Below, piece by piece: positions 25,404-41,064 of a DNA stretch of 56,823 bases. The notes beneath the pieces were generated by a model, which saw nothing but the letters and a program-made list of their open reading frames with translations, had not been told where the DNA came from and ran no database searches. Position 1 is the first letter of the stretch; the number at the start of each line of letters is the position of its first letter. Position numbers and translations under genes: made by a program. The DNA comes from Basidiobolus meristosporus CBS 931.73 (Eukaryota > Fungi > Basidiobolomycota), in contig MCFE01000573.1 of NCBI GenBank assembly GCA_002104905.1, positions 1 to 56,823 on the forward strand, read 5' to 3'.

Positions 25404-28400
25404 CCGCGGATAAGCCTTTGGTACAAGGCAAAAATGGTTAACTACCTGAAGGAGTATAAATACCCAAGGCAAGTGTGCTTACTAGTATATGTGGGTGCTG
25501 TGGGTAAGTAAAGCTGCAGTGAGAAAGGGGAATTACGACTTGCTATTAGTGCTTTGAATGTGAATGTCGAGAGGGATACTATGTTGATAAAAGGAAAAGA
25601 CTACACAGGTACGTAGATATAGCAGAACGAAGAGAGATAAACGGTTACTAGAAGGCAGCAGCACCAGGCACTATTAAAGGCTACGTTGCGAAGAGAGGAA
25701 GAGGGAAGAAAAGGTAGAGTTAATATATCTAAACTAAGCGAGGAGCAAATGATAGAGGCGTTGAGGATTTATGTCCGACAACCACGTTCTCAGTGACCTT
25801 TCTATTATGAATTCCTAGTGTGAATCGATCTTGATAGATATTTTATGGGCCATAGAAATGAAACGATCTATTTGGTAAGGGCGACCTTCAAATACAGAAT
25901 TTAATTTAAAAGAACATAAATCGAAAATTCAATATATGGCGCCTTCGCGTAACAAAGCTAGAATATGTTCGAATATGCAAATCACCATCAAAACCGCACC
26001 GGGAGATCAATTTGCTCGTTTAATGAATGAAACCAGTGGTCACGCCAAAAACCATAATCATCATTTTCGGTGATATCATTCGCCTGGTTGATGAATAGTT
26101 ATGATGTAATCACCTATATATCGAAGCCATATTACCCAGAGATATATCGAAGTATTTGTTTCCAGCCCAGGCTTGACGTTGAAAGTGATGAACACCACGT
26201 ATAGCGATTGAAACCTTATTCAGATGCGAATTTTGTGACAGTCATTTCCTGATGTAATCCCAATCCTGGACGCAGTGATAGCCTAAAGGCACTGCACTGA
26301 GCAGCAATAGCATGGATGTTGCCCGGACGCTCTTTTCTCAAACCATTCTTCGACCGCCCCGCCTTCAGAATGGAAGCCAAACCCCTTTTTGCAACCGCAA
26401 GAGGCCTCGCTGAGTTTGCGTCCGAATTCGTGTAGTCCTGTGAGGCTTGCTGCAACAGGCCTCGAATACATGTATCCTTGTGTGCAAGTATGGCGCATCC
26501 ATCCGGTCCAAACTTGGGCACTCCGGTCTATCTAGGGATTTAGTAGGTTACAAAGGAGTGTGGATGCTGGAGGCCCTAGGGAAAAGGCTGGATTTCAGAA
26601 TCATGGAAATCGTCTGATATCCCCAGCCTTCCAATTCCATCGGATTCTTTATCCCAATTGGGTGCCTCCACCCGGATAATTACCGACTTTCTGATTGTAA
26701 GGATAATGCCACATCATGCTTAGCGTAGTAGTTGACAAAAGTGCTATATTGCCACTATACCAATTGTGTAATTGATTGATCAGCCCATAACTCACTCTTC
26801 CTGGCCTCCTTCCAGTGGTCGTTTGGAGTCACTAGGCATAACTGAATCAAGGTGCTGTACATCTCAGAGCTGATGGAAAAGAGAAATGATCCGGACCAGA
26901 GCTGGTTTGGTGCGCACCAAGAGCCAGCTTTCCCGAATTACTGAAATCGTCTAGGTCATCTCTGTGATTCTTTCGCAACCTTAGATATCGCCTTCCCGCA
27001 GCGGTGCGTTTATGGAAAGCATGATTTAACCACATTTGATCGGATTTGATCGGATTTCACAATGTCGAAATATTCGCAATAACATCGTCTTTTAGGCGCT
27101 ACCGGTGGTGAAGGGTTGCTGAACACGGTATCTAAACGAGGTAGGACCAAAGAAATGATTATCTTTTGCTGCAGTTGCTCATGAAACCAAATCGATTTCC
27201 CATCGTATATCGTATAGACTGGCGAATTCTATCCAAACAAGCCTGATGCTGGTATGGTTGATCTGAATGCATTTCTTTATTATCGGATTTCCCAAATCCA
27301 GCGAATCAACGAGGGATCGAGGTTAATCTGACATCAACTACCAAGAGCCTATTTCGGTTTACCAATCAAACGAGACCGGAAGCAAACATGAGAACATTCA
27401 ACCAGTTTCTGCTCGACATAACGCTGAAACACCGACAGATGTCTCATCTGAGGGTCGCACTGGCAATGTCGGGAGGTCTCTTGAGATCTACAGAAGGCCA
27501 TATTTGTGTGTCCTTGCCCACTTGCTTTCCATACATTGACGTTTTCACGATCAAGGGGCCATCCCGATCTTACTGCCATGTAGGTGCTGTAATCATAACG
27601 CCAGGGATTGTCGCTAATGACTCTCAGCCGCACCATATTACGAGCAATCTCTGACTGGAGCACTCGGCTCTTTCATTCATCCATCGAACTGCAAAAGCCT
27701 TGCGGTCGAGGTGATCTTGTAGCACCGTTATCACACAATGAGCCAGCGACGGGATTCGTCAAGTGGGGTAGTTGATATAGTTACCCGGGAAGGTCGGGCG
27801 AGTCAGCCGTCTGCGATGAATCAAGGTGATTTGTGAGTGAAAACGGCATTAGAGCTAGGTTGCAGCCGATTCGTCAGCCAAGCAAAGCAATAATTGCGCG
27901 GCATATTGCTCAAAGTGATAGCAAGCGAAAGGGTATTTTCTGATTTTCGTGTCATGGGATTTGTAAGCCGCTCGGTGAAGTAGCCATTTCTAGAGATCTC
28001 TTACTGGGGATAGGTAGGTTCACTGCTACGCTTTCTTATTCATCTGCTGAGTGGATCATTACACCCCGGCTTGAAGATCCAGCTTGTAGTCCTCTAAATA
28101 TGGAATGGCGTTGAAACAAGAGATCACAGGGTAAGAAGAGTGCTGCCAGTTAAATTCAAATACCAGCTTTACATCCTGATTGTTGCAAAGACATCTGGAA
28201 GAATAGTCGGCGATGTAGCCGGTTGGTAGGTGAGGTGTTAATTGCTGGTTTCGGAGAAATATATGAGAGCTGACATATAAAAGACTCTAGGACAACTTGG
28301 GGTCAAGGTAAATTGCTGTTGGATGTTCAAATTTTCTTCAACTAAAACATTCCGCAAGATACATTCTTTTTGCGAAGGAACCACTGGTTTGGGAGAACAT

Positions 28401-30759
28401 AGCTTCGCAAAAAGAATTCGACTTCTCAACAGTACCAATCAGCAAACCAGGGAGCCGCCAGAGATGCTGAAGCAGTCGCATACTTGCCAACTCAAAGTGA
28501 ACCATCGATCCCTGGAACCTCTACCAAACTTCGATGAGATGCTTGCTAACGAAAAAACCCTACACATCTCGTTAACTCCAGCGATCGCTATGTAAAAGAC
28601 TTAATTTTGGTTCGTTGGCTGGGCGCCTTGATACCTGCCTCACTGGGGGTGAATATCTGGGTGATAAGAAACCCCCAACTCTTGTACAGTAAATCAAATA
28701 AATGGGCATTTTTTACAGACATGTTGGTGCTGACACGTACCTACGAGCATGCGTAGTGAACTACGCAATTCACTCTTATTCCCGATGGCATTACTATCAG
28801 TAGCCGATTTCTCTATCCCGGTGCAACCCACCATCGCAGAACTCCCATCCTAGCAAATTCCCTCGCCGATCTTCTGGCAGTTGACCTCGAAATGTACAGA
28901 ATTAACACATTTTGGCAAAGGGAGCAACTGGGTCACCAGGGCTATTATCCAATGATCGGATCTAGAGAGTCACACGATCCCACTGATATCTGCAATTGGA
29001 CCAATCTGTTTGGTGGTAAGAATCTCTGAAGTTCTGATCCACCAATTATCAATGCCAGGGTTTTATTTACTACGCGCTTGGAGCTACTACAAACCCTGTG
29101 AGCGAAGGTTGTGAGGAAGCCTAGCTGCTCTATTTCAAACCCCAGTCCCAATGGATAAAGAAGGATAGCGCCAACGATCTACATCTCCATACGATTCACA
29201 CACTTTGGTCCATATCGAGTCTGCTGCCAGTGTGCTGACAAATACAGCTGAGATTATGCGCTGGTAGCCAATTCTCACTTCAGGCCTCGCCGTAGCTTAC
29301 TGGCAGTCTTTTGCACCCGTTACATAAACCGTCTGGGTTCAACATAACTGAGATCAATCCAATGCAGTAGAATACGACTGGGCATCGATTGCTCGCATTA
29401 CTAATCGCGCTGTATCTTCCAGTATTGGCTACAATGTTGCAGATTTGACCACACTGGATGGCCACTCACAACTATGGAGCGGTCGCCTTTTTATTGGTGT
29501 CTGGATATGAATTACCACCATTTGCTGGGGATTTAATTTACTTACACTGGTGTGTTTCAAGTTACACATCACATTGTTTCCCATGGCTTACATTGATGTT
29601 GGCTCATCAACACCTCTGTATTCGAGCTTGCACTGGAGGACTAAGGCCCCTGGGTAGGGATATGTCGTCGGGGGCTATCTGGATAATCTCCCTTTTTCAG
29701 GTGAGCTGTTCATGGCAAGTGCTTTGGCCTTATTCGGGCTGTGCGCCAGTGGTGGACTCATTTCAGTTATAGGCTTAACCCATGATGTAGTTTTCTTGGT
29801 GCAGATTGTGACAAGGCCAATGGTACCCTTTTGAAATTGTGGCTATAATATAACCCCAGTATGGTTTGTAACACAGGTGAGTCTAGATGGGTTGTGGAGA
29901 TCTGAAGGCTTCAAACTATGCTAGCTTGGTCAGATTTCATGCCGATTGCAGGCAGAATACAGACAACATTCTCTGATAGCTGGAAAGCAGTGCTCATATA
30001 AAACCCACATATAAGCAGTTTAGGTCTATCCCCATCCATTTAACATTCCTCAGCTTCGTTGTTACACATGACGGTCATGAAGCGTTGCTCAGCATCTGAA
30101 GAGTTGGTGGCTGAGGATCTAGCCCCACTATCCAATAAATATACGACATTTGCTCAAATCAGGTTTCATCACCTTGCCTGAGGGATATTGGGTTAGGGGA
30201 TCGATGGAGAGTGCATGCTGAATAGCCGTTTCTTGATATTGCACAAAAATAACTCACGGAGTTCTTGAAATCTCCGCTGTTTTGCAGATAGCTAGTTCAC
30301 GGCGCTTGTGCCGGGCACCGTGTCGATATACCTCTCATTAAATATCAGTTGAAACACACATGTTGCCTAAGCACAGGGTGTGCACGGGTTTTTATAGCAA
30401 AATCTCGAACCATTTACATGACCGACAAATACCGCCCAAAAAAGATGTGCCTGACTGTTGTTGAACGCATCAAAACACCAAAAGCAACTGCCCAAATTAC
30501 CTACGGGCTTGGGCCGCATTTTATAGAAAGAGGCCATTTCTTGTCTAATTGCAAGTTAGGGCTGATCACCATCACCATCACCATCACCATGTTAAATCAA
30601 TCGTAGTTGATAATATGGGAAAAAAAGAATTTGGCACACGTAATATGGTAACCATCCCCTGATTCCCAATGATTACGTCGTAAGTTCGGTTTAGGTAGTA
30701 ATAGAAATTACACATCCACCAGCTATTCTTCTCTAGAGTCAACATCTTTACTTCACGCA

Positions 30760-32428
<1,669 letters not shown>

Positions 32429-34062
32429 TTCATCCATTCATGATGCATGTTTGATATTAGTAGTGTGGTAAATAAATTTATTCGTAAATACATCACTTGG
32501 AAATTTGCCATATATGATCGGCGGGATAATTATGAAGCGTCTTGGCGCGATGTGAATGGAGGTCACAACCTTGGTAGCTCTGCAGGTGCAATGAACACGA
32601 GCTGCGACTGTGGAAGCGGCTGTGCAGCACCGTCTGTAGATGTCACAGAAGCTCATGCTCTGACCGTCAAATATGGTAACATCAGCCATCTAGACACACA
32701 ACTCTAAGCGATCAAGATAGATATGGTGGAATTTATCACATACACAATATGCAAAATATATGCCAACATTGTATAAAGATTTGTTTACAGTCAGCAAATA
32801 ATCCGGATTTCTAAGCCCTAAGCGGCCTGGACGATCGGCATATCGTCCGTCATCAGCGTTCTTTGATTTTGTGAATATTACCGATTGCAGCTCAAGGTCG
32901 CAAATAGCCATCGTGGAAAGAACTTTCGATGATCCTCAAATTATTCCATCCAAGGCTTATCAGGGCCACTTGTGGACCCTTTGCCTTTTTTGATTGAGCT
33001 TGAGGGATACTCGTCCATCCTCGCGATGAGAAGCTAATGCAACAGGCTGCACTGGGTGGGAGAGAAGCATTACGTTTCTACCTCGTATTGGGAGACCTCC
33101 GAAGGCTCAGTGTCTTTACGAATGGCCGCCGACTGGGGCACCAAGTTCCATCCATGTGTGGGACTTTCGGGAGAGTCGGTAGTGGAAACCTAGCAAAGCC
33201 AACCTCTGACGACATCAGTTGTCTAGGCGAGTTCTATCGAATGTATCTTTCAACACCGATTATCGCCCAGTAGGACGCTACAAGGTCTCATCGATTCCGG
33301 ATAAACGATGAAGAGCTCACAGCTCCGATGACGATATTTGGGTCGAATTTATTTGCCGCCTGCATCCAGAAAGCTCGTGCTGATATCCTGATTCATGTGG
33401 TTTCATCGGCAAATGGTGGAGTGGACATTTTAGAAGTGGATATCTATATGCAGCAAGTCCAAAGAGAGTCATAGTTGCTAAATCTAACTCTATGCTGAAT
33501 CCCACGCTGAGCTTCATTGTATCTCGGCTGATGTATTTAGCAGCTATTTATGATTCAGGTAAATTGATTTTCAGGCGAATCCCCAGCGATATATTCAGCA
33601 AGCTAGACTGGGCCGTCACTCTGGCATCAACAATGTGGCATACCGAGGATGGGCTGCTATCCTATGGCGAGCTTTGCGGCTACCAGCTGTCTACCCGCAC
33701 AACTCCTGCTACTACGCTGACAAGGGCATTGCGTCTGTACAACTTGCAACAGATGGCACAGCTTGATCAACAGGCGAGCGAAGGCCGTTCTCAACGCACG
33801 CTACCCCAAAGATTGCTTGGCATCTGACCAGTTTGAGCAACACTTATCTAGCAATCCAAACGGTTGCCTATTCCATATCCAGAAAGATAGATTCTCAACT
33901 CAACGGTTAGGTTAAGGCAACAGTGGAGTTTCCTAATTAGTGATGGCTTAGATTAATCGGATGGTGAAGAAGTGTGATATAAAGAGACTGTGTACTGCAA
34001 GTCGTATCGCCAGACCCACACAGTTCACGAAATCCCATTGCTCTTAATCCATCAATCTCGCC

Positions 34063-35175
34063 ATGTTACCCTCTATATCACCGAACGAAACCGCCTTTGA
34101 ACACGACGATGACCCTACTCTTTATAAGCATGAACCTCTCGCGTCTTCGATGAAGAACTTCTCCAAATCCAACCCTCCTTCCTTGTTTACAAATGCTGAA
34201 GAAATTAAAACCCCTGATGAATGTTGTATCGAAAAAAGGTCCATTGTCGCTAAGCGTCTCTTACTAACGTTAAAAAAGATGCTCAAGAAGCACAAGAAGG
34301 AGGAAAGGAAGTCTGGTGACCTGCTTTCGGCCATTGTAAAGCAAAACAACGGCTCCATTGAGGGGCGTTACGGCTCATTCATCGAAGAAAAGAGGTCAGG
34401 CAGTGGCGGGATGGTTCGAATCACCTGCTGTTGCGACAGCGGTAAGAAGTATGCCGTGAAAACCTTTCGTGAGTGCCAAAAGGAGGAGCCAGTGCACAAA
34501 TACCTCCAGTGGATAAACAATGAAATCACGGTCTCCCGCAGACTCAATCATAGCTATATCATCCAGACTCACGAGGTCCTCAAGGAAAATGAAAAGATCC
34601 ACTCGGTCATGGAGTATTGCCCATGCGATCTGTATCAGTTGGTTGAGGAGGGTAAGGTTAGCCAGCAGCTGGCCGCGAAGTACTTCGCCCAGGTAGTCCA
34701 TGCTATCGCGTACATGCATTCCTGCGGCATTGCCCATCGAGACATCAAGCTCGAGAACATCTGCATCGACGAGAAGGGCTCCATCAAGCTGATCGACTAC
34801 GGCTGCGCATTCATTTTCCAATCCTCACCCCAGCACAAGCCCAGGGTTGCCACGACTCTCTGCGGGTCTCAGGCGTACATTGCGCCGGAACTCCACACCC
34901 GAGAGCCCTACGATCCCTGCAAAGCTGATGTCTGGTCCATCGCGGTCGTGTACCTGACCTTGATCTTGCGCTCGTTTCCCTGGTCCGTGGCGAATCCCTA
35001 CGACCCTGGGTTCAAAATGTTCCTGAAGCACCAGAACAACGCCAAATACTTCAATCGCATCCCAGAACCCGCAGTGCCAATCATCCGTAGGATGTTGGAC
35101 CCCAATCCCAACACACGAGCCTCCATTCAAGACGTCCTTGGTGACCCCTGGGTCAAGTCCATTGCTCTGGAGTAG
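34063..35175 (+). CDS. Intronless Ser/Thr protein kinase, probably HAL/NPR-like
   Basis: SGSGGMV, YAVK, HRDIKLEN, DYG (DFG variant), CGSQAYIAPE, DVWS, FPW..A...DP.F, RMLDPNP..R. Confidence 0.9.
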   Translation: MLPSISPNETAFEHDDDPTLYKHEPLASSMKNFSKSNPPSLFTNAEEIKTPDECCIEKRSIVAKRLLLTLKKMLKKHKKEERKSGDLLSAIVKQNNGSIEGRYGSFIEEKRSGSGGMVRITCCCDSGKKYAVKTFRECQKEEPVHKYLQWINNEITVSRRLNHSYIIQTHEVLKENEKIHSVMEYCPCDLYQLVEEGKVSQQLAAKYFAQVVHAIAYMHSCGIAHRDIKLENICIDEKGSIKLIDYGCAFIFQSSPQHKPRVATTLCGSQAYIAPELHTREPYDPCKADVWSIAVVYLTLILRSFPWSVANPYDPGFKMFLKHQNNAKYFNRIPEPAVPIIRRMLDPNPNTRASIQDVLGDPWVKSIALE

Positions 35176-35605
35176 TTCTACCTGTAGATACCCATACATC
35201 AATCTGTAAATTGCATCCATCCCACAGCACTTCATGTTATCCCAATGCCCAATACTATATGCATCTATTGTTTACAGTAAAGAATGTTAAACTCTTATCC
35301 CGTCTTGCTCTCACGCGAATCGTTTGGGTGCGTGGAGGCCAGGGTTGGCTGAAGGGCCTTGGGCCTGGCTGATTACCCAGATATCTGGTGTTTGGAATGG
35401 GTCGTTGCAAAGGCCTGGTGTAACCTAGCCGCGTGATGGCGTTCGCATTGGCGCTTATTCTGAATCCCCGTATTCGTCATCAGACGTATTCAAAGCCACT
35501 GTGATACCGTGACGTGGAAATCATCCCTGCTTATTCGTATCAAATATTAGGCCGCCCTGTCCTTGCAACGCTTCCCTTGACAACTTGGTTTCCTTTCCTC
35601 AAGTG

Positions 35606-38600
35606 ATGCTCAAGTATCGTGATATTACAGTGCAACGGTTGGACAGATTCACTTCTAGAGACCAGTGGAAAGATGTTAACTTGCACGCGCAGCTATACCC
35701 GAAGGTTGCCGGCGGCGAGGAATATGTAAAATTGGAGGTGTTCTCCGTTCCGGAACTTCGGAGGATCCCGTTCGAAGAGGCGGCGAAAGGAGCGTTCGAC
35801 AAGGCTGAGGTGAATCAGCAGTTCGGTCCTTCTTGGGTACGAGTCCAGTTGTGTGGGTTTGACGAGATGGCCGGCCCTTTCTGATGTTTATTTCTCTCCA
35901 CCTTTAGTCCACCCACTGGTTCCGAATTCAAGTCAAAATACCAAGCGAATGGAAAGGAGAGAAGGTTGAATTCCATTGGGATGGGAATGGGGAAGGCTTG
36001 GTGTGGACTAAACATGGAGTCCCAGTGCACGGCTTAACAGGGGGAAGTAAGTTGCGTGCTCAAATCCTATATGTGTCCGTCCTCTAACCGTTCCTAGCTG
36101 GTGGCGATAGGAGAGTAGAATATGTGTTGGCAGAGGAGGCGCAAGGTGGCGAAGAAATGGAGTTTTATATTGAGCATGCATGCAATGGAATGTTTGGTAA
36201 TGGTGACGGCATTAGCGCCCCTGACCCGAATCGTACATATCGCCTGACCACTGCGCATCTGGTAACTGTGAACGAGACAGCAATTCAGTTGCTCTATGAT
36301 TTCCAAGTGATTCGGGCTATCGCTAAAGAGCTGCCGAAAGAATCTAATCAAGGCGCCAAGGCATTATACACCGCAAATGAGATCGTTAATGCTTTCCGTA
36401 GAGAGGATGTTGAGTCAATGAAGAGATGCCGAGAGATTGCCAAAGAGTTCTTCAAGAGCAGGAACGGTACAAGTCAGCATCGCATCACTGCTGTTGGCCA
36501 CTGTCATATTGATACCGCATGGCTTTGGCCTTATGACGAAACCAAGCGAAAAGTAGCTCGAAGCTGGTCCACGCAGTTGAGATTGATGGAGAAGTATCCG
36601 GAGTTTACGTTTGTGTGCTCACAAGCACAGCAATATGAATGGTTAGCGCACTATTATCCCGAATTGTTCAAGCAAGTACAAGAGAAAGCCAAATCAGGCC
36701 AATTTTTGCCGATTGGTGGCACATGGGTAGAGATGGATTGCAATGTCCCTAGTGGAGAAGCACTGTGTCGCCAGTTCCTGTTTGGGCAACGATTCTTTGA
36801 AAAGCACTTTGGCCACCGGTGCAAGATTTTCTGGTTACCGGACACATTTGGCTATTCTGCGCAGTTGCCACAAATCGTGCTACAATCGGGGCTCAAATAC
36901 TTTTTCACCCAGAAGTTGTCCTGGAATAATATCAACAAATTCCCCAACACTTCGTTTTACTGGAAAGGTATTGTGGAATGAGCAATGTGGCTTCATCCAG
37001 AACATTGTTGTTGATCCTTGCTACTTCAGGTTTGGATGGAAGTAAGGTGGTTACTCATATGGCACCTAGTGAGACGTACAACGCTCAAGCTGAGGTGAGC
37101 GAACTGCTGAACTCCGTGAAGAATAACCGCGATCTTCCGTATACCAACGAGAGTCTTTTGGTATTTGGAAATGGTGATGGCGGAGGCGGGCCATTGCCAG
37201 CCATGATTGAGCGCCTAAGGCGGATGGAAGATATTGATGGGTTGCCGAAGGTCACTATGGGCTCTGCTAATGACTTTTATGATCGCTTGGCCACTGAGTC
37301 ACGTGACATGGTGACTTGGAAGGGTGAGTTGTATTTCGAATTGCATAGGGGAACCTATACCTCTCATGCCAAGATCAAGAAGAACAACCGAACTTGCGAG
37401 TTGTTACTTCGAGAGATTGAGATGTTCGCTTGCATGAATCTTCTTCGAAAGAACAACTATCAATACCCGCAAGAGAAGCTTTCCAATTTGTGGAAATCCG
37501 TATTATTGAACCAGTTCCACGATGTCCTCCCTGGCTCGTCGATCGAATTGGTCTATATCGATGCTCGAAAGATCTACCAAGATGTCATTGTGGAGGCTTC
37601 GAAATTGCGCCAAGAAGCATTAGATGCCCTTTGCAAAGAAGGCAATGAGGCACAGAATGAATTGATGGTCTTCAACAGCCTGGCTTGGGATCGTACCGAA
37701 GTTCTCGCGGTTGAAAAGCTAACTGGGACCCAAGTGACCGGACAATCTTCTAAGGAGGGTGGTTTCAATTACATCTTGGCCAAGTCGGTCCCTGGTGCCT
37801 CCATTCATCCCATCGAAGTTACTGAGGTAACAGATCCCGTGAGTATCACCACCACTTCCGACGGTAGCTATGTCATGCACAACAAGAACATTGCTGCCAC
37901 CATAGATAACGAAGGTAGGCTTATAAGCTTGATAGACGTCGCGCTTGATCGGGAATTGGTCCCTGAAGGATCCTATGGCAACGTATTCAAGATCTTCGAT
38001 GATTGTCCGCTCTACTGGGATGCATGGGATGTCGAGATTTATCATCTGGAGAAGTGGGATTATGCTGGAAAGGGCGAAGTCAAATTGTTGGAAGAAGGAC
38101 CAATTCGTGGAGTTTTGGAGGTGAAATACCAGCTAACGCCGCGAAGTACCTGCATCCAAAGGATTATCCTTGATGCATCCTCATCCAGATTAGACTTTGA
38201 ATGTGAAGTCGAATGGAACGAGAATCGCCAATTCCTGAAGGTCGAGTTTCCATTTGATATCAGCTCAGATTTCGCCACATATGAAACACAATTTGGAGTA
38301 ATCCAGCGGCCCACACACACGAATACTAGCTGGGATATGGCCAAGTTTGAGGTGTGTGGTCACAAGTTTGCTGACTTGAGCGAGTATGGCTATGGCGTGG
38401 CCCTGCTAAACGACTCCAAATACGGTTACGCAGTTCATGAAAACATCATGAGGCTATCGTTAATCCGCGCACCCAAGGCGCCTGATGCTCATTGTGACAT
38501 TGGGCATCACGAGTTCCGATATGCCGTCTACCCGCATCGTGGCTCTTTCCTCGAGTCTGATGTTGTGCGGCAAGGCTACAACTTCAATGTCCCGTTGATT

Positions 38601-39038
38601 GCCAAGTAAGCATTCCGATATCTCTCCCATGTACAGTTGGGCGGCTGACTAACTCTCTCTATTTCCAGGCTCGCCGCCACAAATGGTATCCAAGAAACGA
38701 GCCCAAGAGCACCATCCTGCTTCTTTACTTTATCTAATGCGGACAACGTTGTGCTTGATACGGTGAAAAAGGCCGAAGACTCGGATGCCATCGTTCTTCG
38801 CTTCTACGAGGCATATGGAGGCCACGCGACACTAAGGGTCAACAGGTATGAACTTTGGTGAATTACATTGGTGTTTTCATGTCTAATCTTCGGACGGGTT
38901 TGAAGCTCGCTCTCTGTTAGACGGGCGACGTCATGCAACATTTTGGAGGAAGAGGGGGAGGAGTTGGAGTGGAATGATGGCCTGGAACTGAAGTTCACTG
39001 CCTTCCAACTACGCACCGTAAAGCTTGAACTGAATTGA
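35606..39038 (+). CDS. AMS1: Vacuolar/cytosolic alpha-mannosidase, GH38 (MAN2C1/Ams1), multi-exon
   Basis: GPSW..HWF, WDGNGEGL, GHCHIDTAWLWP, WLPDTFGYS, GNGDGGGGP, FELHRGTYTS, QFHDVLPGSSI, WDAWD, KFEVCGHKFADLSE. Confidence 0.95.
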
Positions 39039-40545
39039 TGAGGGGATCCCCTAGATACGCGTTTCTGCGTCAAGTGGATGTGGCAAGGAAGTTTGGCTGT
39101 ACCACATGAGCTCTTGATCGTATCGATTCTTAGCACCAGCACCAAAACTAACAGCACACCCGGATCAGCGATTACCATCTCCGGACACCGATAAATTTAA
39201 ACTAACATCTATTTTCAATAAATCACTTTCGACGTAACTAGAATGGACATATATGGGATATATCAGAAACGTCGATTCTCCTATCTGGAGGGACGGTACT
39301 AGATGGATTGGTGAAGTGCTGAGCAAAGTTCCCTAATCTGCCACTCGTCGACCCATCTAATTCGTGGAGATTGGGATGGAGCGGCGAGGATAATCGAGAT
39401 CACATTGGCAGATAGCGGATTCGTGTTTTAGCTATCGAGTTAAAAACCTTATCAGACTTGGTGCGATTGTTCTGTAGCAGATGGGTGATCACATCATAAT
39501 GCCATCAACACAACATACTCAATGATAGCTTATCGGGTTGTCCAGAAAGCCTCTTTCCATTTTGTGCAGAGCACGGGGGTATCTCCCCGATCGGATGCAT
39601 CGCAACAATCACAGGCGCAACGCCCCAAGTGCTGATAAACCACCTATGCAGCAAGCGATATCAAGGGCCTGAGTGAGCACGCCTGATCCACCCAACATTC
39701 GCTCACCACGTTTTGCGGCTCGTCACATGGTGGAGATACAGGTCTTTTTGAGGGCAGCTTGTCCGGTACGGTGCCGGAATGACGATGAGTCGTCTGGATG
39801 GCCGCTGTGCTGCTACTATTCTGTCTGTTCAGCATCCCTATTCTCCGGTAGGGTAGGTGTGGCCGGAACGTCCTGGGGGTGGATGAGCCTATCACGAGGG
39901 AGTCCCGTATCGACTGATAGTGGATGGGTGCTACGTCAACGTCTCCTGCCCCTTGGTAGATAGATCTATCAAGGTATAATCAATGGGGCACCGTGGGCCT
40001 CATTGGCCCGAGTTGTTTTCTACCACAGATATGCAGATATACTCCGCTCGACATTTCATGTGAGATGACCCAATTGATTGTTCGATAATAAGGTGATTCT
40101 TACACTTTCCGATGCATTCATTTGTTTTGACAGTTTCTAGTCAGGGATTAGGAAGCAAGCTGGACAGTAAGTTTTAATTAGCAGGATTGCCCACTGATCC
40201 GTCAATAAATGTCAGGATGATATAAGGGGTACTGCACTATTTGGGAAAGAGCCATCATGGGAATCAGTTCATTTAGCTGATCCATTAATAGAAGCATATT
40301 TACATTGTCCGCAATAGAGGCCTCGGCGTCCCGTGATTAGTCGCTATTTATCAGGATCATTTATTGCACTATGCCATCAAGATAACAAACGGTCCACTCG
40401 ATTTGCTTTAAATAGAACCCACCCTTGATCCACCCACAAGAATCTGTATCAGACTCTTCAACACCGTTACTTGGTTGCCATCCTGAACCTCGCCTTGGCC
40501 TCACTTCGTAACGCACATTATCGATCTGCCCACCCTACTCCCCCC

Positions 40546-41064
40546 ATGCCTGAGAATCCCATGAATGCTTTACGACTTGATCGACTCCCTGGACAAGCCA
40601 CTTGGAGTCCAGTGCCGGACGCAGTGGTGGATCTTACCGCTGATTTCCTTGAGGCGTTGCCAGCACCCTACTCAACCACCACGCCCAAATCCCCATTGAA
40701 AAGTTTCGTTCACCGACTTGTGTGCCGCGGCAAGCTCACCACCAACATCCTGGTCGCCTCCCTCCTCTACTTGCACCGACACACTCGTCGCCGGGAAGCC
40801 CATGCGGCCCCAAGGTCCAGGCTTTCCAAGGAGCTACTCTTCCTTGTGTCGGTCATCACGGCCACCAAGTACCTCGAAGATCACCCTCTAACCACCTTCA
40901 AAGTCGTCAATATCATGAGGGAGCGCTGGGACTCCGCCGATGTCAACCAAGCGGAAAGAGAGTTCCTGGAGGATCTCCAGTACGGACTTTGGATTGACTC
41001 GGACGAGTTTCGGGAGTTCACCAAGTCCTTGCCATCGGAGCACTCTGCGGGCCAGTGCATGTAA
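40546..41064 (+). CDS. Pho80/Pcl-like cyclin-fold protein, intronless
   Basis: SFVHRLV...ILVASLLYLHR...LFLVSVITATKYLED...VNQAEREFLEDLQYGLWI matches the cyclin-box pattern. First ATG at 40546. Confidence 0.75.
   Translation: MPENPMNALRLDRLPGQATWSPVPDAVVDLTADFLEALPAPYSTTTPKSPLKSFVHRLVCRGKLTTNILVASLLYLHRHTRRREAHAAPRSRLSKELLFLVSVITATKYLEDHPLTTFKVVNIMRERWDSADVNQAEREFLEDLQYGLWIDSDEFREFTKSLPSEHSAGQCM

Noticed and set aside
27388-27654. RVALAMSGG resembles the MnmA/TRMU PP-loop start
   Set aside because: The required GGVDS continuation and downstream motifs are absent.
28741-28766. Overlapping short hairpins CTACG-AGCATG-CGTAG and GCGTAG-TGAA-CTACGC
   Set aside because: Too short to exceed chance; no ncRNA context.
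30567-30590. (CACCAT)4 upstream of RPT4; also (AT)n near 1557 and a 9-bp tandem at 52-76
   Set aside because: Ordinary microsatellites.
32438-33830. Short ORFs between RPT4 and the kinase
   Set aside because: No family recognised; exon structure unresolved.
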